A stretch of DNA of 63,426 nucleotides, filler included, from 8 parts of 8 records of this genome joined end to end with filler, not necessarily neighbours in it, one strand, 5' to 3'; shown: positions 31,895-43,363, counted from the first letter of the whole stretch. Translations and numbers: made by a program. The notes: a model not told the origin generated them from the letters alone.

Positions 31895-31920
31895 TGGTGC
31901 CGACGAGAGGAGTCGAACCT
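31895..31920 (-). tRNA. tRNA 3' fragment (T-loop, acceptor 3' strand, CCA). Isotype undetermined, Leu or Thr plausible
   Basis: Minus strand AGGTTCGACTCCTCTCGTCGGCACCA, cut by the gap. Confidence 0.85.
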
Positions 31921-32020
31921 NNNNNNNNNNNNNNNNNNNNNNNNNNNNNNNNNNNNNNNNNNNNTTAATTAATTAANNNNNNNNNNNNNNNNNNNNNNNN
32001 NNNNNNNNNNNNNNNNNNNN
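31921..32020. other. Artificial contig spacer
   Basis: 44 N + TTAATTAATTAA + 44 N. Confidence 0.99.
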
Positions 32021-32842
32021 CAGGTTACCAGTGCCATGAAAATGGTTTCGGCTGCCAAGTTAAAAAAAGCACAGGATGCTATATTGCAAATAAGGCCGTA
32101 TGCCGACAAACTGCACCAAATTCTTACTTCGCTCAGTACCAGCTTAGAGAACGTTGACGATTCGGTATATACTCAGCCACGTCAACCAGAAACTGTTCTT
32201 TTGATTTTGATTACATCAAACAGGGGATTGTGCGGTGGTTTTAATACCAATATTACCAAAAAAGCAGTAGAGGTTGCACGTACCAAGTATGGGAAACAAC
32301 ACAAATTGGGAAAACTGGATTTTATGTGTATTGGTAAACAAGGTGAGCGCCAACTGAGACATCGTGGCTACAGGGTGGTAGCTGATGAGCACGAACTATT
32401 TGATGACCTTACTTTTGATAAGGTATCGAAAGTAGCTGAAGAAAGTATGCAGGCTTTTGCCGAGAAACATTATGATCGTATTGAACTGGTATACAACCAG
32501 TTTAAGAATGCCGCAGTTCAGATTCAAACATCCGAGCAGTTCTTACCTGTGGAAATGCAGGAAGGAGAGGAAGAAACTAATTTCGATTTTATTTACGAAC
32601 CTTCGGAACAACACATCATTCAGGAATTGATTCCACGTTCGTTGAAAATACAGTTTTACAAAGCTTTACTCGACTCGCATGCAGCTGAACACGGTGCCCG
32701 AATGACAGCAATGCACCAGGCAACCGATAATGCTACAGATTTGATCGGATCACTTACTTTGGAATACAACAAGGCACGCCAGGCATCTATTACCGGCGAA
32801 ATTCTGGAGATTGTAAGTGGTGCTGAGGCGCTGAATGAATAA
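32021..32842 (+). CDS. atpG: ATP synthase F1 gamma subunit, 5'-truncated
   Basis: QVTSAMKMVSAAKL, SNRGLCGGFN, ARMTAM..ATDNA, YNKARQASIT.EILEIVSGAEAL. Confidence 0.97.
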   Translation, partial: QVTSAMKMVSAAKLKKAQDAILQIRPYADKLHQILTSLSTSLENVDDSVYTQPRQPETVLLILITSNRGLCGGFNTNITKKAVEVARTKYGKQHKLGKLDFMCIGKQGERQLRHRGYRVVADEHELFDDLTFDKVSKVAEESMQAFAEKHYDRIELVYNQFKNAAVQIQTSEQFLPVEMQEGEEETNFDFIYEPSEQHIIQELIPRSLKIQFYKALLDSHAAEHGARMTAMHQATDNATDLIGSLTLEYNKARQASITGEILEIVSGAEALNE

Positions 32843-32856
32843 AATAGAAATCATAT

Positions 32857-32894
32857 AAAAAAGCCGGAATTCAAATTGAGTTCCGGCTTTTTTT
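32857..32894 (+). terminator. Intrinsic (bidirectional-type) terminator after atpG
   Basis: AAAAAAGCCGGAATTC-AAATT-GAGTTCCGGCTTTTTTT. Confidence 0.85.
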
Positions 32895-32969
32895 GTTGAA
32901 AATATCTGCTTCCGAAATTAATCCATATAATACATTAGCCAGCAGAAAATCACGGCAAAAAAGCAACGT

Positions 32970-32997
32970 AAAAGAACCCCGGTCAGAACAACCGGGG
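32970..32997 (-). terminator. Probable terminator of DUF2461 gene
   Basis: Minus strand CCCCGGT-N7-ACCGGGG followed by TTCTTTT. Confidence 0.5.
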
Positions 32998-33113
32998 CAT
33001 TTCATTGAAATCGGGAAGATAAAAAATAAGGGTCTTATATAATATATATTCCAATTAACGGTAAAAAGTAACCCATAAACGATGCATTTTTTCAGACAAA
33101 GATCATTCGTTTG

Positions 33114-33767
33114 CTATTTGGCCAGTGCCTCATATAAGAAGCTATTTACTGGCTTTAGTTGTTCAAAAAGGTTCACCAGGTTTTGTATATACTTCTCATC
33201 TTTTACTTCTTTATCACTTAGCTCTTTTGAAAAAATAAACGATTTATATTTTAGTAACTCGATGTGTTCGTGGTCTTTTGGAAATCCTTTTGGAGCCAGT
33301 TTAAGCTTATCATTATACATCTCCGGGAATGTCGTCATAAAATCTTTCTTTCCGATTATCTCAAGGTACTCATCACCATGCTCGGCCATATAATTTCGAA
33401 TTATTTTTAATCGCTCTGAAGGTGGCATATAAACACCGCCACCAATAAAACTGTTACCGGGTTCAATATGAAAGTAATATCCGGGATTCATGCTTTTTCG
33501 GCCACCTTTACAAATAAAACTCCCAAAGTTTGTTTTATAAGGGCGTTTATCTTTTGAGAATCGTACATCCCGAAAAATTCGGAATACACAGTCTTTAGGA
33601 TTTAATCCTCTTACTTCAGAATCAAACTCTGAGATCTCATTAATCAATATATCAGTTAAAAACAATACCTTCTCTTTACTTTCTTCGTACCATTTTTTAT
33701 TGGTTTGAAACCAATCGCGATTATTGTTTGGGGCTAATTCTTCTAAAAAATTTAATACCTGTTCCAT
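33114..33767 (-). CDS. DUF2461 family protein
   Basis: NNNRDWF, FRIFRDVRFSKDK.PYK, GYYFHI.P, L..APKGF..DH. Confidence 0.9.
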   Translation of the reverse strand: MEQVLNFLEELAPNNNRDWFQTNKKWYEESKEKVLFLTDILINEISEFDSEVRGLNPKDCVFRIFRDVRFSKDKRPYKTNFGSFICKGGRKSMNPGYYFHIEPGNSFIGGGVYMPPSERLKIIRNYMAEHGDEYLEIIGKKDFMTTFPEMYNDKLKLAPKGFPKDHEHIELLKYKSFIFSKELSDKEVKDEKYIQNLVNLFEQLKPVNSFLYEALAK

Positions 33768-33820
33768 TACGGATATTTTAAATTATTTTTATGCTCGAAT
33801 TTAGGTAAAAAACAAACCAG

Positions 33821-34492
33821 ATGTCGAAAAAGTTTGCACTAATAGTTGCCGGAGGAAGTGGGAACAGAATGAATACCTTTATACCAAAACAGTTTATTGA
33901 AATTGAAGGTCTTCCTGTACTAATGCATACTTTTAAAGCATTTCTGTCTTACGACAACAGCATTGAAATAATTCTTGTACTACCTAAAGATCAGCTTGAT
34001 TATTGGAAAAGCCTCTGCCAGAAACATCAATTTAATCCGCCACACCAACTGGCCTACGGTGGCGAAAACCGTTTTCAATCTGTAAAAAACGGATTGGATC
34101 GGATTTCTGAAGAAGGAATAGTTTTTATCCACGATGGTGTTCGTCCATTGGTTTCAAAAGAAACCATTACAAACTGTTTTATAATGACTAAACAGCAGGG
34201 TAACGCTTTACCGGTTATCCCTCCGGCAGAATCGGTAAGGTATGCCGATAAGACTGGAAACCGGTCGGTAGACAGAAGTAAATATTACCTTGTTCAAACT
34301 CCCCAAACCTTTAAAGTGGCTGCCATAAAAAATGCCTATGAAAATGCCCCACACCAAAATTTTTCCGACGATGCTTCGGTTTTGGAATACCAGGGAGAAA
34401 CAATAAACCTGGTAGAAGGCAATCGTGAAAACATAAAGATTACCTGGCCTCAGGACCTGATTATTGCCCGCTCATTTCTTTTTGCACATTAA
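33821..34492 (+). CDS. ispD: 2-C-methyl-D-erythritol 4-phosphate cytidylyltransferase
   Basis: AGGSG.RM...PKQF, GG..R..SV.NGL, IHDGVRP, QTPQ.F, DDASV, N.KIT. Confidence 0.93.
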   Translation: MSKKFALIVAGGSGNRMNTFIPKQFIEIEGLPVLMHTFKAFLSYDNSIEIILVLPKDQLDYWKSLCQKHQFNPPHQLAYGGENRFQSVKNGLDRISEEGIVFIHDGVRPLVSKETITNCFIMTKQQGNALPVIPPAESVRYADKTGNRSVDRSKYYLVQTPQTFKVAAIKNAYENAPHQNFSDDASVLEYQGETINLVEGNRENIKITWPQDLIIARSFLFAH

Positions 34493-34632
34493 GTTATTGG
34501 TTACTTGTTGGGTTAATTTCGCCATTCACCGATTTTATCGTTGGAAACTTTTTAAAACAAAATAGTTTTGTGCCGCGTTTTAGCTTTTGTATTAGGCTTA
34601 TAAAAAGCTTAAACGTAAATTTAACATTAAGT

Positions 34633-34656
34633 AAACTTTCTGAAACCAAAAAGTTT
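34633..34656. promoter_or_regulatory. Possible TetR operator
   Basis: AAACTTT-N10-AAAGTTT palindrome 30 bp upstream of the TetR start. Confidence 0.35.
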
Positions 34657-34685
34657 CCACGACAGAAATGTTTTAACTTTACGGC

Positions 34686-35312
34686 ATGGGAGACAAGAAA
34701 CTTTATATTGTTGAGAATGTTGCTCACCTATATTTAAAAAACGGCATACGGGCAGTTACCATGGACGATGTGGCTGCAGAATTGGGTATTTCAAAGAAAA
34801 CTATCTATCAATATTTTTCAGATAAAAAGACTCTTGTTGCCGAGGTTATTGATTTCTTTTTAAAAGAAAGTAGCGATAACTTCAGAGAAATGGCAAAGAG
34901 AGATGCTATTGACAGCATGTTCACAGTTCGGGAACACGTAGCCTTTATCTTAAAATTTTACAACAACAATATTGAACACGAGTTAAAAAAATCATACCCC
35001 GATCTTTATAAAAAGGTTCGGGAAGTTAAACGCCAACGTATTTTTGAAAATACAATAGAAAATCTAAAACAGGGAATGGAACAAGGTTATTACAGAACAG
35101 ACCTGGATCGATACTTTATCGCAAAACTTCAGGTTGGGCGAATGTTGTACACAATGAATCCCGATTATGGTATTTTTGAAGAATACGAAGTGAATTCCCT
35201 GGCTTTTTTTGATAACATGATGGATTATCACATGAATGCCATTTGCAACGAAAAAGGAATAAAATATTATAAGAAACAATTAAACAGAGTTCAGAATGAA
35301 GAAAAGATTTAA
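34686..35312 (+). CDS. TetR/AcrR family regulator
   Basis: HTH TMDDVAAELGISKKTIYQYF..K. Confidence 0.92.
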   Translation: MGDKKLYIVENVAHLYLKNGIRAVTMDDVAAELGISKKTIYQYFSDKKTLVAEVIDFFLKESSDNFREMAKRDAIDSMFTVREHVAFILKFYNNNIEHELKKSYPDLYKKVREVKRQRIFENTIENLKQGMEQGYYRTDLDRYFIAKLQVGRMLYTMNPDYGIFEEYEVNSLAFFDNMMDYHMNAICNEKGIKYYKKQLNRVQNEEKI

Positions 35313-36672
35313 ACAATTGCTTTTGTTTTTTGCCGCAGCTTCTATTGGGCTTTCAGCAAGTGCACAGGAAGAACAAACATCTTTCTCACTTGAAGAAGCC
35401 ATACAATATGCCATGCAAAATTCATACGTTTTGTTTAATACCAAACAAGATGTAACCATTGCCCAAAAAAGAGTTTGGGAAACGATTTCTACCGGACTGC
35501 CACAGGTATCGGCATCCATGGATTTTACAAAAAATATTAAGGCCGCAAAAACTCCTTTCCCTGTCGCTATTATTCCACAAGAATATTGGGAATTTCTTGG
35601 AATACCAGAAGATACACCAGCGGATGCCACCTACCCTCTTTCCTTTGCGCTGAAATATAATTCTAATTATGGAATTAATGTTTCGCAGCAAATTTTTGAT
35701 GGTTCGTGGATTGTTGGCGTAAGCTCGGCCGAGTTATATGTAAACCTTGCGAAACAAGCAAATGAAAAAACTGAGATTGATATTCGCGATGCAGTAAGCC
35801 AGGCATACTATATGGTGCTGATTAGCGAACGTTACAGACAAGTAATGAAAGAAAGTTTGGCTAACACCACACGTACCTATAACCAAACCAAGGCATACTA
35901 CGAGAATGGTTTCAGGGAGCAGCAGGATGTTGATCAATTGCGCATTCTACAAAAAAATGCTGAAAATGAGGTATTGCGTTCGGAGCGTGAGTTGACCATT
36001 GCAAAAACAGTTTTAAAATACACCATGGGCTTCGATTTGGACAAAAATATTTTGCTAAACGAAGAAATTGACACTTATGTTTTACCTCTTATTGGCGAAT
36101 TAAACACCACTCAGTTGGATTTAATAAACCACATTGATTACCGTTTAGCAAATTCAAATTTCGAAGTATCTGAGAAGCTATATAAACTGGAGAAAACGGC
36201 CTATCTGCCAAAACTTAATGCTTTTTACAGTTACACAAAAACATCGTTCAGTAATAATGCCAACTTGTTTAAAGAAGATTGGTTTCCTTCGTCGTTGGTT
36301 GGAATACAGGCCTCAATTCCTATTTTCAACTCGGGGAATAAACGCTCGCGCGTGCAGCAGGCTCGTCTTGAAATGGACAAAGCCCAAAATGATCGCCAGT
36401 TTGCCGAAATTACTTTACAAAAAGACTATTTAACGGCCTCAGCCGAAATGGAAACAGCCAAAGAGCAGTTTCTGAACATTCGCGAAAACCGCGATTTAGC
36501 AAAAAGTATTTTGGACAAAACGCAGATTAAATTTAACGAAGGTATGGTTAGTAGTGTAGAACTTTCGCAACAGGAAAACCAGTACATTACTATTTGGCAG
36601 CAGCTGGTTTCTTCAACTATGCAATTATTACAATCCGATTTAAAACTTAAAAAAGCTGCCGGAGCTTTATAA
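35296..36672 (+). CDS. TolC-family outer membrane efflux protein
   Basis: SLEEAIQYA.QN, LPQVS, V.QAYY, YLP.L, IPIF. Confidence 0.9.
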   Translation: MKKRFKQLLLFFAAASIGLSASAQEEQTSFSLEEAIQYAMQNSYVLFNTKQDVTIAQKRVWETISTGLPQVSASMDFTKNIKAAKTPFPVAIIPQEYWEFLGIPEDTPADATYPLSFALKYNSNYGINVSQQIFDGSWIVGVSSAELYVNLAKQANEKTEIDIRDAVSQAYYMVLISERYRQVMKESLANTTRTYNQTKAYYENGFREQQDVDQLRILQKNAENEVLRSERELTIAKTVLKYTMGFDLDKNILLNEEIDTYVLPLIGELNTTQLDLINHIDYRLANSNFEVSEKLYKLEKTAYLPKLNAFYSYTKTSFSNNANLFKEDWFPSSLVGIQASIPIFNSGNKRSRVQQARLEMDKAQNDRQFAEITLQKDYLTASAEMETAKEQFLNIRENRDLAKSILDKTQIKFNEGMVSSVELSQQENQYITIWQQLVSSTMQLLQSDLKLKKAAGAL

Positions 36673-36697
36673 CAGAAAACAACAAAAACTTAATACG

Positions 36698-37819
36698 ATG
36701 AAAAAGATTTTAATAATTCTAACAACTGCGGTTATTCTATGGGCGTGCGGTAGCACAAACCCTACCGATGAAGCCGGAAAACGCAAACAGCTTCAGGAGC
36801 TAAAACAAGAGGTTCATGAGCTGGAGCAGCAAATACATACCATTGAAAAAGAACTGGAGGCCAACCAAACTGAAGAGTTTGTAAGAATTAAGGTACTCAC
36901 AATTGAAAATAAAGCCTTCGAACATTTTATTGAAGTAACCGGTAAGGTTGAGGCCGAACAGGATGTAGATGTAAATCCGGAATCTTCAGGTGTTATTAAA
37001 GAGGTATTGGTTGTTGAAGGCCAAAAGGTAACAAAAGGCCAGATATTGGCACGCTTAAACACCGATTTACTGGAACGCTCGGTTGAGGAACTGGAAGTTC
37101 AATTGGATTTGGCCCAAACGAACTTCGAACGTCAGAAAAATTTGTGGGATCAGAATATCGGCTCTGAAATGCAATATCTTCAAGCTAAAAATAACAAAGA
37201 AAGTCTTGAAAAACGCATTAAAAGCCTGAACACTCAAATTGAGATGGCTGAGATTAAATCGCCTATAAACGGAACGGTTGACGTAGTATACCAAAAGAAA
37301 GGGCATATTGGAAATCCTCAAGTCCCTTTTGCAAAGGTTATTAATACGAGCAAAATAAAAGTTTATGCCGATGTTTCGGAAATGTACATTACCAAGATTG
37401 CCAAAGGAGACAAGGTTAGCGTAAGATTCCCGGCACTTAATAAAACAACAGAAGCCAGGGTGGATCAGATTGGCAACTCCATTGATCCAAACAACAGGAC
37501 CTTCAGGGTAAGAATAAACCTGCACAATCCTGATAACATGATCAAACCAAACCTGGTTTCAATTATTTCATTGCGCGATTATGTAAATGAATCAGCCATT
37601 GTAATTCCTGCCTTATTTATTAAGGAAGACTTTAAAGGACATTACACTTATATTGTTGAAAACAAAGAAGGGAAAGACCGTGCCAAAAAAGTTTATTTAA
37701 CACCCGGAGTTACCAACAATAATATGACCGAAGTAACTGATGGTCTTACGGCAGGGATGAATGTTGTTTCGGAAGGATACACCCAGATTGCCAACGGTAC
37801 AGCTGTACAGATTTATTAA
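36698..37819 (+). CDS. RND efflux periplasmic adaptor (lipoprotein)
   Basis: Lipobox LWAC, lipoyl halves GVIKEV.V.EGQ.V.KGQ and IKSPING.V, IDP.NRTF.V. Confidence 0.92.
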   Translation: MKKILIILTTAVILWACGSTNPTDEAGKRKQLQELKQEVHELEQQIHTIEKELEANQTEEFVRIKVLTIENKAFEHFIEVTGKVEAEQDVDVNPESSGVIKEVLVVEGQKVTKGQILARLNTDLLERSVEELEVQLDLAQTNFERQKNLWDQNIGSEMQYLQAKNNKESLEKRIKSLNTQIEMAEIKSPINGTVDVVYQKKGHIGNPQVPFAKVINTSKIKVYADVSEMYITKIAKGDKVSVRFPALNKTTEARVDQIGNSIDPNNRTFRVRINLHNPDNMIKPNLVSIISLRDYVNESAIVIPALFIKEDFKGHYTYIVENKEGKDRAKKVYLTPGVTNNNMTEVTDGLTAGMNVVSEGYTQIANGTAVQIY

Positions 37820-37842
37820 AGAATCTCTAAAAATTCTTCAAA

Positions 37843-39583
37843 ATGGAGAAAGAAAACAAAATAACAGAAATTACACGCGAGTTTAAACCCACCTTTCTCG
37901 CGTTAAAAAATAAAACCACGGTTTATATTTTTACGGTGCTGCTTGTATTTTTTGGAATTTTCTCGTACCAGCAAATGCCGCGAGAAGCTATGCCCGAAAT
38001 TGTGGTTCCATATATTTTTATTCAAACACTTTATCCGGGTAACTCACCGGTTGATATTGAAAATTTATGTACACGCCCCATTGAGAAAGAACTTAAAGGA
38101 TTGAAGGGGGTTAAAAAGGTCTCATCTGCATCTTTTCAGGATGTAAGTACAATTATTGTTGAGTTCAATACAAATGTTACAATAAAACAGGCGCTTCAGG
38201 ATACCAAAGACCGTGTTGACAGGGCAAAATCTGAATTGCCAAACGATCTTCCAAGTGATCCGTACATTACTGATTTTGATTTATCAGAATTCCCAATTAT
38301 GAACGTAAACGTTTCAGGAGAGTACAATATGCGCGACCTGAAGAAGTTTGCAGAAATAATGCAAGATGAGTTTGAAAGTTATACCGAGATATCGGAAGCA
38401 AATATCCGGGGTGTTGAAGAACGTGAAATACAGGTAAATGTAGATCCGCACAAACTTGAAGCCATGGGGCTTTCATTCGAGGATGTAGCTTTTGCCATTC
38501 AATTTGAAAATATAAGTATTGGAGCAGGTCAGTTTACTGCTGATCGAACACGACGTACGATTCGTACTGATGCAAATTATACCAACATTAATCAAATTGC
38601 CAATACCATTATCAAGGTAAATATGGGAAAACCCGTATACATACGCGATATTGCAACGGTGGCCGATGATTATAAAGAACGATCGACAATTGCCCGTTTA
38701 AACGATAAACCGGTAGTAACCCTATCCATCACAAAAAAATCGGGCGAAAACATTCTGTCAGCTTCTGAGAACATTTTTAAAGGAATTGATCAGCTAAAAG
38801 CCCGCGGACAAATTCCCAAAGACCTCGAAGTTATTGTAACTGACGACATGACCAACTACATTGAGGATACGATCTCGAACCTGGAAAACAGTATCATTCT
38901 GGGTATGATTTTGGTAACCTTTGTGTTATTCCTGTTCCTTGGTTTTAGAAATGCACTATTTGCCGGATTGGCTATTCCCCTTTCCATGTTTTTATCCTTT
39001 GTCATTCTCGACCAAAGAGGAATTACCCTAAACTCAATGGTGCTTTACGCCCTTATATTGGCACTTGGAATGCTGGTGGATAACGCCATTGTTGTAGTAG
39101 AAAACGTGTATCGATTATACAGTGAAGGAAAACCGTTGTTAAAGGCAACCAAACAAGGGGTAAGTGAAATTGCCTTCCCGATTATCTCCTCAACCTTAAC
39201 CACTTTGGCAGCCTTCTTCCCACTTTTGGCATGGGAAGGAATGATTGGAGAATTTATGAAGATTCTTCCGCAAACCTTAATTGTGGTACTGGCTTCTTCA
39301 CTGTTTGTTGCTCTAATTTTAAATCCGGCTTTTATCGCCACATTTATGAAATTAGAAGATATCAGAAAAAAAGCAGATGCGAAAAGGGTACTTCGTAATG
39401 CCGCAATATTTGGCGGTATTTCAATTTTGTTTTACGCAGCTCAAATCTTTCTGCTTGCCAATTTATTAGCTACGGTTGCGCTGTTAATGACACTTAACCT
39501 GTTCTTGTTGCGGCCGCTAGCCCGCTGGTTTCAAACCAAATTTCTGGTGTGGCTCGAACACATGTATACCAAACAACTTCGTC
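37843..39583 (+). CDS. RND efflux permease (AcrB/CzcA family), 3'-truncated
   Basis: YPGNSP.DIE, GMLVDNAIVVVEN, STLTT.AAF.PL. Confidence 0.93.
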
Positions 39584-39683
39584 NNNNNNNNNNNNNNNNN
39601 NNNNNNNNNNNNNNNNNNNNNNNNNNNTTAATTAATTAANNNNNNNNNNNNNNNNNNNNNNNNNNNNNNNNNNNNNNNNNNNN
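39584..39683. other. Artificial contig spacer
   Basis: 44 N + TTAATTAATTAA + 44 N. Confidence 0.99.
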
Positions 39684-39684
39684 G

Positions 39685-42339
39685 AATGTAACAGCAGAAT
39701 ATGTTGACCGTATCTCCAAAGGTGATATCCCTGAGAAGATAACTGATGATTACAATGGGGACTTCAATGAGATCAAGAATAACCTCAATCAATGTATTGA
39801 TTCCCTGAATGCCCTCCTTGAAGAAACTGACACTCTTATAGATGCAGCAGTTGAAGGCAAACTTGCAACAAGAGGTGATGCAGGCATGTTCAACGGTAAA
39901 TTTGCCGACCTTGTTTCTAACATCAACCTTGTGATAGACACTCTGGTAGGTCATATCGATCAGATTCCTGCTCCTTTTATGATTATCAATAGAGACTTCA
40001 GTATAGCCTACATGAACAAGACAGGAGCTGCTGTTATCGGTAAGGAACCTGTGGAACTTGTTGGTCAGAAATGTTACGATAATTTCAGGACATCCGACTG
40101 TAACACAGACAAATGTGCCTGTGGAAAAGCAATGAAGACCGGCAGGACTGAATCCAGTGAGACCGATGCTCATCCAGGTGGCAATGACCTTGTGATAGAG
40201 TATAATGGTGCTCCTATCAGGAGCAGAAGTGGAGAGATAATTGGAGCACTTGAAATTGTGATGGACAAGACTGCTGAAAAGTCTGCTCTGGAAGAGGCAG
40301 GTATAAAAGCAGAATATCTTGAAAAGGTACCAACACCTGTAATGGTTGTTGACAAAGAATTCAATATTCAGTTCATGAATGAAATTGGAGCAACAGCTGT
40401 AGGAAAAACACCTGAAGGATGTGTGGGGCAGAAATGTTTCGACCTGTTCAATACTGCACATTGTAACACAGAGAACTGTCAGGTAGCTAAGGCAATGAAG
40501 ACAGATTCCATATGCACAAACGATACTATCGCCAAGTTGCCTTCAGGAGAACTTCCAATCAGATATTCAGGAGCTCCTCTTAAAAATGAAAAGGGTGAGA
40601 TCGTTGGCGGTCTTGAATACGTGCTTGACATTAGCAAGGAAATGGAGATCACAAAAGGAGTACAGAATCTTGTTGAGGCTGCAGTTGCAGGCAGACTTGA
40701 TGAACGTGCAGATGCAAACCAGTTCGATGGTAACTACCGTAACATCATAGAAGGTGTGAATGCAACCCTTGATTCTGTTATAGGACCATTAAACGTGGCA
40801 GCAGAGTACATTGACCGTATTTCGAAAGGCGATATCCCTGAAAAGATCACCGATGAGTATTACGGGGATTTTAATGAGATCAAGGACAATATCAATCAAT
40901 GTATCGATGCCGTCAATGAATTGGTAAATGATGCAGTCATGCTTGCAAATGCCGGTGTAGAAGGCAAACTTGCAACCCGTGCAGCTGCGGATAAGCACGG
41001 CGGTGACTTCAGGAAGATAGTTGAAGGTGTGAATAATTGTCTGGATGCAATTGTCACTCCTATTGAGGAAACAGCAAGAGTAATTAATGAATATTCTGTA
41101 GGTAATCTGCATGCAAGAGTTGAAATAGAGACACATGGAGACTTCAGAAAACTTGCAGATACCCTTGATGAACTTGGCCAGGAACTCGAATCAATTATAC
41201 AGGACTCCAATGCAGTCCTTGGAGCCATTGCAAATAATGATCTTACCAGATGCTCAGAAGTTCAGGGTGTAGGCGAGTTCAAAGAACTGACTGATGGTAT
41301 TGAGAATTGTCGCAGTTCCCTTAATGATATTGTTTCAACTGTACTTGGAGATGCGTCTATATTAGCTGCAACTGCTGAGGAAATGTCAGGTTCAGCCAAC
41401 GAACTTGCATCTTCTTCTACCCAGGTATCATCAACAGTTGAAGAAATAGCAAGGGGGGCACAGATTCAGTCATCTAAAACAGAAGATGTTGCAAAGGCAA
41501 TGGTAGACATGACTCTAACCGTCCAGGATGTTGCTTCTAATTCACAGAGAACAGCAGCTAATTCCATGAATTCAAATGAGCAAATTCAAGATCTGGGAAC
41601 CCTGGCACAGAGCCTTATGGCAAAAATGGAAGCTATAAAGGCAGCTTCCGGAGATTCTTCTTATCACATCAATGACCTGTCAGAAAAATCCAATCAGATA
41701 GGAGAGATCGTAAATTTAATTACAAGTATCGCAGATCAGACAAACCTGCTTGCATTAAACGCGGCTATTGAAGCTGCCCGTGCAGGAGAACATGGTCGTG
41801 GATTTGCTGTTGTTGCCGATGAGGTCAGAAAGCTTGCCGAAGATTCCGGCAATGCTGCAAAACAGATCGCTGTGCTAATACAGGCAATGCAGGAAGGAAC
41901 TACCAATGCAGTAAATTCAATGGACCAGGCCACGTCAGAAGTTGCAGAAGGTGCAGCATCTCTTGAAGAAGCAGTTCATTCAATTGGATCTGTTGTTGAA
42001 TCCGGAAGTGAAGTAGTGAAAATGGTTCAGGATATTGCTGCAGCTGCCGAGGAGCAATCTGCTTCGATAGAAGAGATCTCAGCCTCAGTTGAAGATGTTT
42101 CATCAATATCTGAAGAGTCTGCAGCAGGCACTCAGGAAGCTTCTGCAGCTGTTGAACAGCAAACTGCATCCATACAGGAGATGACTGCATCTGCTCAACA
42201 GCTGGCCAATGTGGCATCAAAACTTCAATCAGTAGTTGTCAAGTTTAAAGTTAGTCAGGACGCAGATTATTCTTTCTCTTCTGATTACCTGGAAGAGTCG
42301 GATGTAGTACAGGATAAACTGGAAAATTTACTTGCTTAA
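39685..42339 (+). CDS. Methyl-accepting chemotaxis protein with poly-HAMP and two PAS domains, 5'-truncated
   Basis: Frame open from 39685 ([19 protein letters not shown]). Hairpin tip [38 protein letters not shown]. Confidence 0.95.
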   Translation, partial: NVTAEYVDRISKGDIPEKITDDYNGDFNEIKNNLNQCIDSLNALLEETDTLIDAAVEGKLATRGDAGMFNGKFADLVSNINLVIDTLVGHIDQIPAPFMIINRDFSIAYMNKTGAAVIGKEPVELVGQKCYDNFRTSDCNTDKCACGKAMKTGRTESSETDAHPGGNDLVIEYNGAPIRSRSGEIIGALEIVMDKTAEKSALEEAGIKAEYLEKVPTPVMVVDKEFNIQFMNEIGATAVGKTPEGCVGQKCFDLFNTAHCNTENCQVAKAMKTDSICTNDTIAKLPSGELPIRYSGAPLKNEKGEIVGGLEYVLDISKEMEITKGVQNLVEAAVAGRLDERADANQFDGNYRNIIEGVNATLDSVIGPLNVAAEYIDRISKGDIPEKITDEYYGDFNEIKDNINQCIDAVNELVNDAVMLANAGVEGKLATRAAADKHGGDFRKIVEGVNNCLDAIVTPIEETARVINEYSVGNLHARVEIETHGDFRKLADTLDELGQELESIIQDSNAVLGAIANNDLTRCSEVQGVGEFKELTDGIENCRSSLNDIVSTVLGDASILAATAEEMSGSANELASSSTQVSSTVEEIARGAQIQSSKTEDVAKAMVDMTLTVQDVASNSQRTAANSMNSNEQIQDLGTLAQSLMAKMEAIKAASGDSSYHINDLSEKSNQIGEIVNLITSIADQTNLLALNAAIEAARAGEHGRGFAVVADEVRKLAEDSGNAAKQIAVLIQAMQEGTTNAVNSMDQATSEVAEGAASLEEAVHSIGSVVESGSEVVKMVQDIAAAAEEQSASIEEISASVEDVSSISEESAAGTQEASAAVEQQTASIQEMTASAQQLANVASKLQSVVVKFKVSQDADYSFSSDYLEESDVVQDKLENLLA

Positions 42340-42367
42340 ATTACATGAACATAATTTGAGCCAGAAG

Positions 42368-43141
42368 TCAAATATTGCTGAGCTTTTCATGAAGCTCAGC
42401 CATCCCTTTTAAGGTCAGATGACCTTTTTTGGTGATCATATAATCTCCACGTTCCTCTTTTTGCAGGACCATATTTGTGTCAAGTAGTTTTTGGATATGA
42501 AAAAGCAGGTTGCCTCCTCGAAGGCCGGTAATTTTTGATAGTTCGGAAAAACTCATGGAATCGGAATTAAGGGATCTAAGGATGAGAAGTCTTTGCCTGT
42601 TGGCAAGGGACTCACAGATATCAGTAACAACATCCTCTGGTATTTCATTTAGATCCAATTTGTCACCATATGTATTTGTTTTTTCAGGCGGATTAATGAA
42701 TGAATGCATTAATTCCATTTGCTTATCAAACACCTTAGATGCGGTCAATACGCAGACATCACATTTATCGTTGGGTGCAAAGCTTTTAAGTTCGTTAAAT
42801 CTTTCCCTGAATGATTCAAGTGATTCTTCTGAAAAATTATTTTCAACAAGAAGCAAAGCCATTTCCTGCAAAAGATTAGAAAAAGCTGTTTTACAGAGTT
42901 CTGTTTTATCACAATCGGAGCAAAATCCTTCACTTAGTGTCTCTTTTGTATTCTGGAGCATATAGTGAAGCACCGGACGTGAAAAATCACTTCGCATTTC
43001 CATTAGAAGAGCATTATTATAGTGACTGTTCGAGCGTTCAAGTACTCTGTTAACATCCTTTTTTAGTGAAACTATTTCATACTTCAGATTTTCAAATTCC
43101 TGTAGGAATATACTGTTTTTCTTATCCAGGTAACCGCTCAA
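42368..43141 (-). CDS. Archaeal ArsR-type regulator with C-terminal wHTH (Msr-like)
   Basis: LANRQRLLILRSL...SFSELSKITGLRGGNLLFHIQKL...Y.IT.KG. Cys-rich N-terminal half. Confidence 0.8.
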   Translation of the reverse strand: MSGYLDKKNSIFLQEFENLKYEIVSLKKDVNRVLERSNSHYNNALLMEMRSDFSRPVLHYMLQNTKETLSEGFCSDCDKTELCKTAFSNLLQEMALLLVENNFSEESLESFRERFNELKSFAPNDKCDVCVLTASKVFDKQMELMHSFINPPEKTNTYGDKLDLNEIPEDVVTDICESLANRQRLLILRSLNSDSMSFSELSKITGLRGGNLLFHIQKLLDTNMVLQKEERGDYMITKKGHLTLKGMAELHEKLSNI

Positions 43142-43363
43142 ATGCCTCTCTCCACATTCTTTTTTTGTCTTTGTGCAATTGGAAACACGCTCATTGCTTG
43201 TACATAATCATAACGTGAAACTATATTAATCTATACTTCTGATTCACAGGTATTTCAGGTCTGAATCCAAAACACAAGCAAACATGATATATAGAAAAAA
43301 GTTATACGATGTAAGAAGGTCATACAGCAATTATTTCTTAAAAAGAAAAAAGGAAGAAACAAC

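Noticed and set aside
39628-40461. 277-aa minus-strand ORF
   Set aside because: Antisense shadow of the chemoreceptor, runs into the N spacer, no recognisable motifs.
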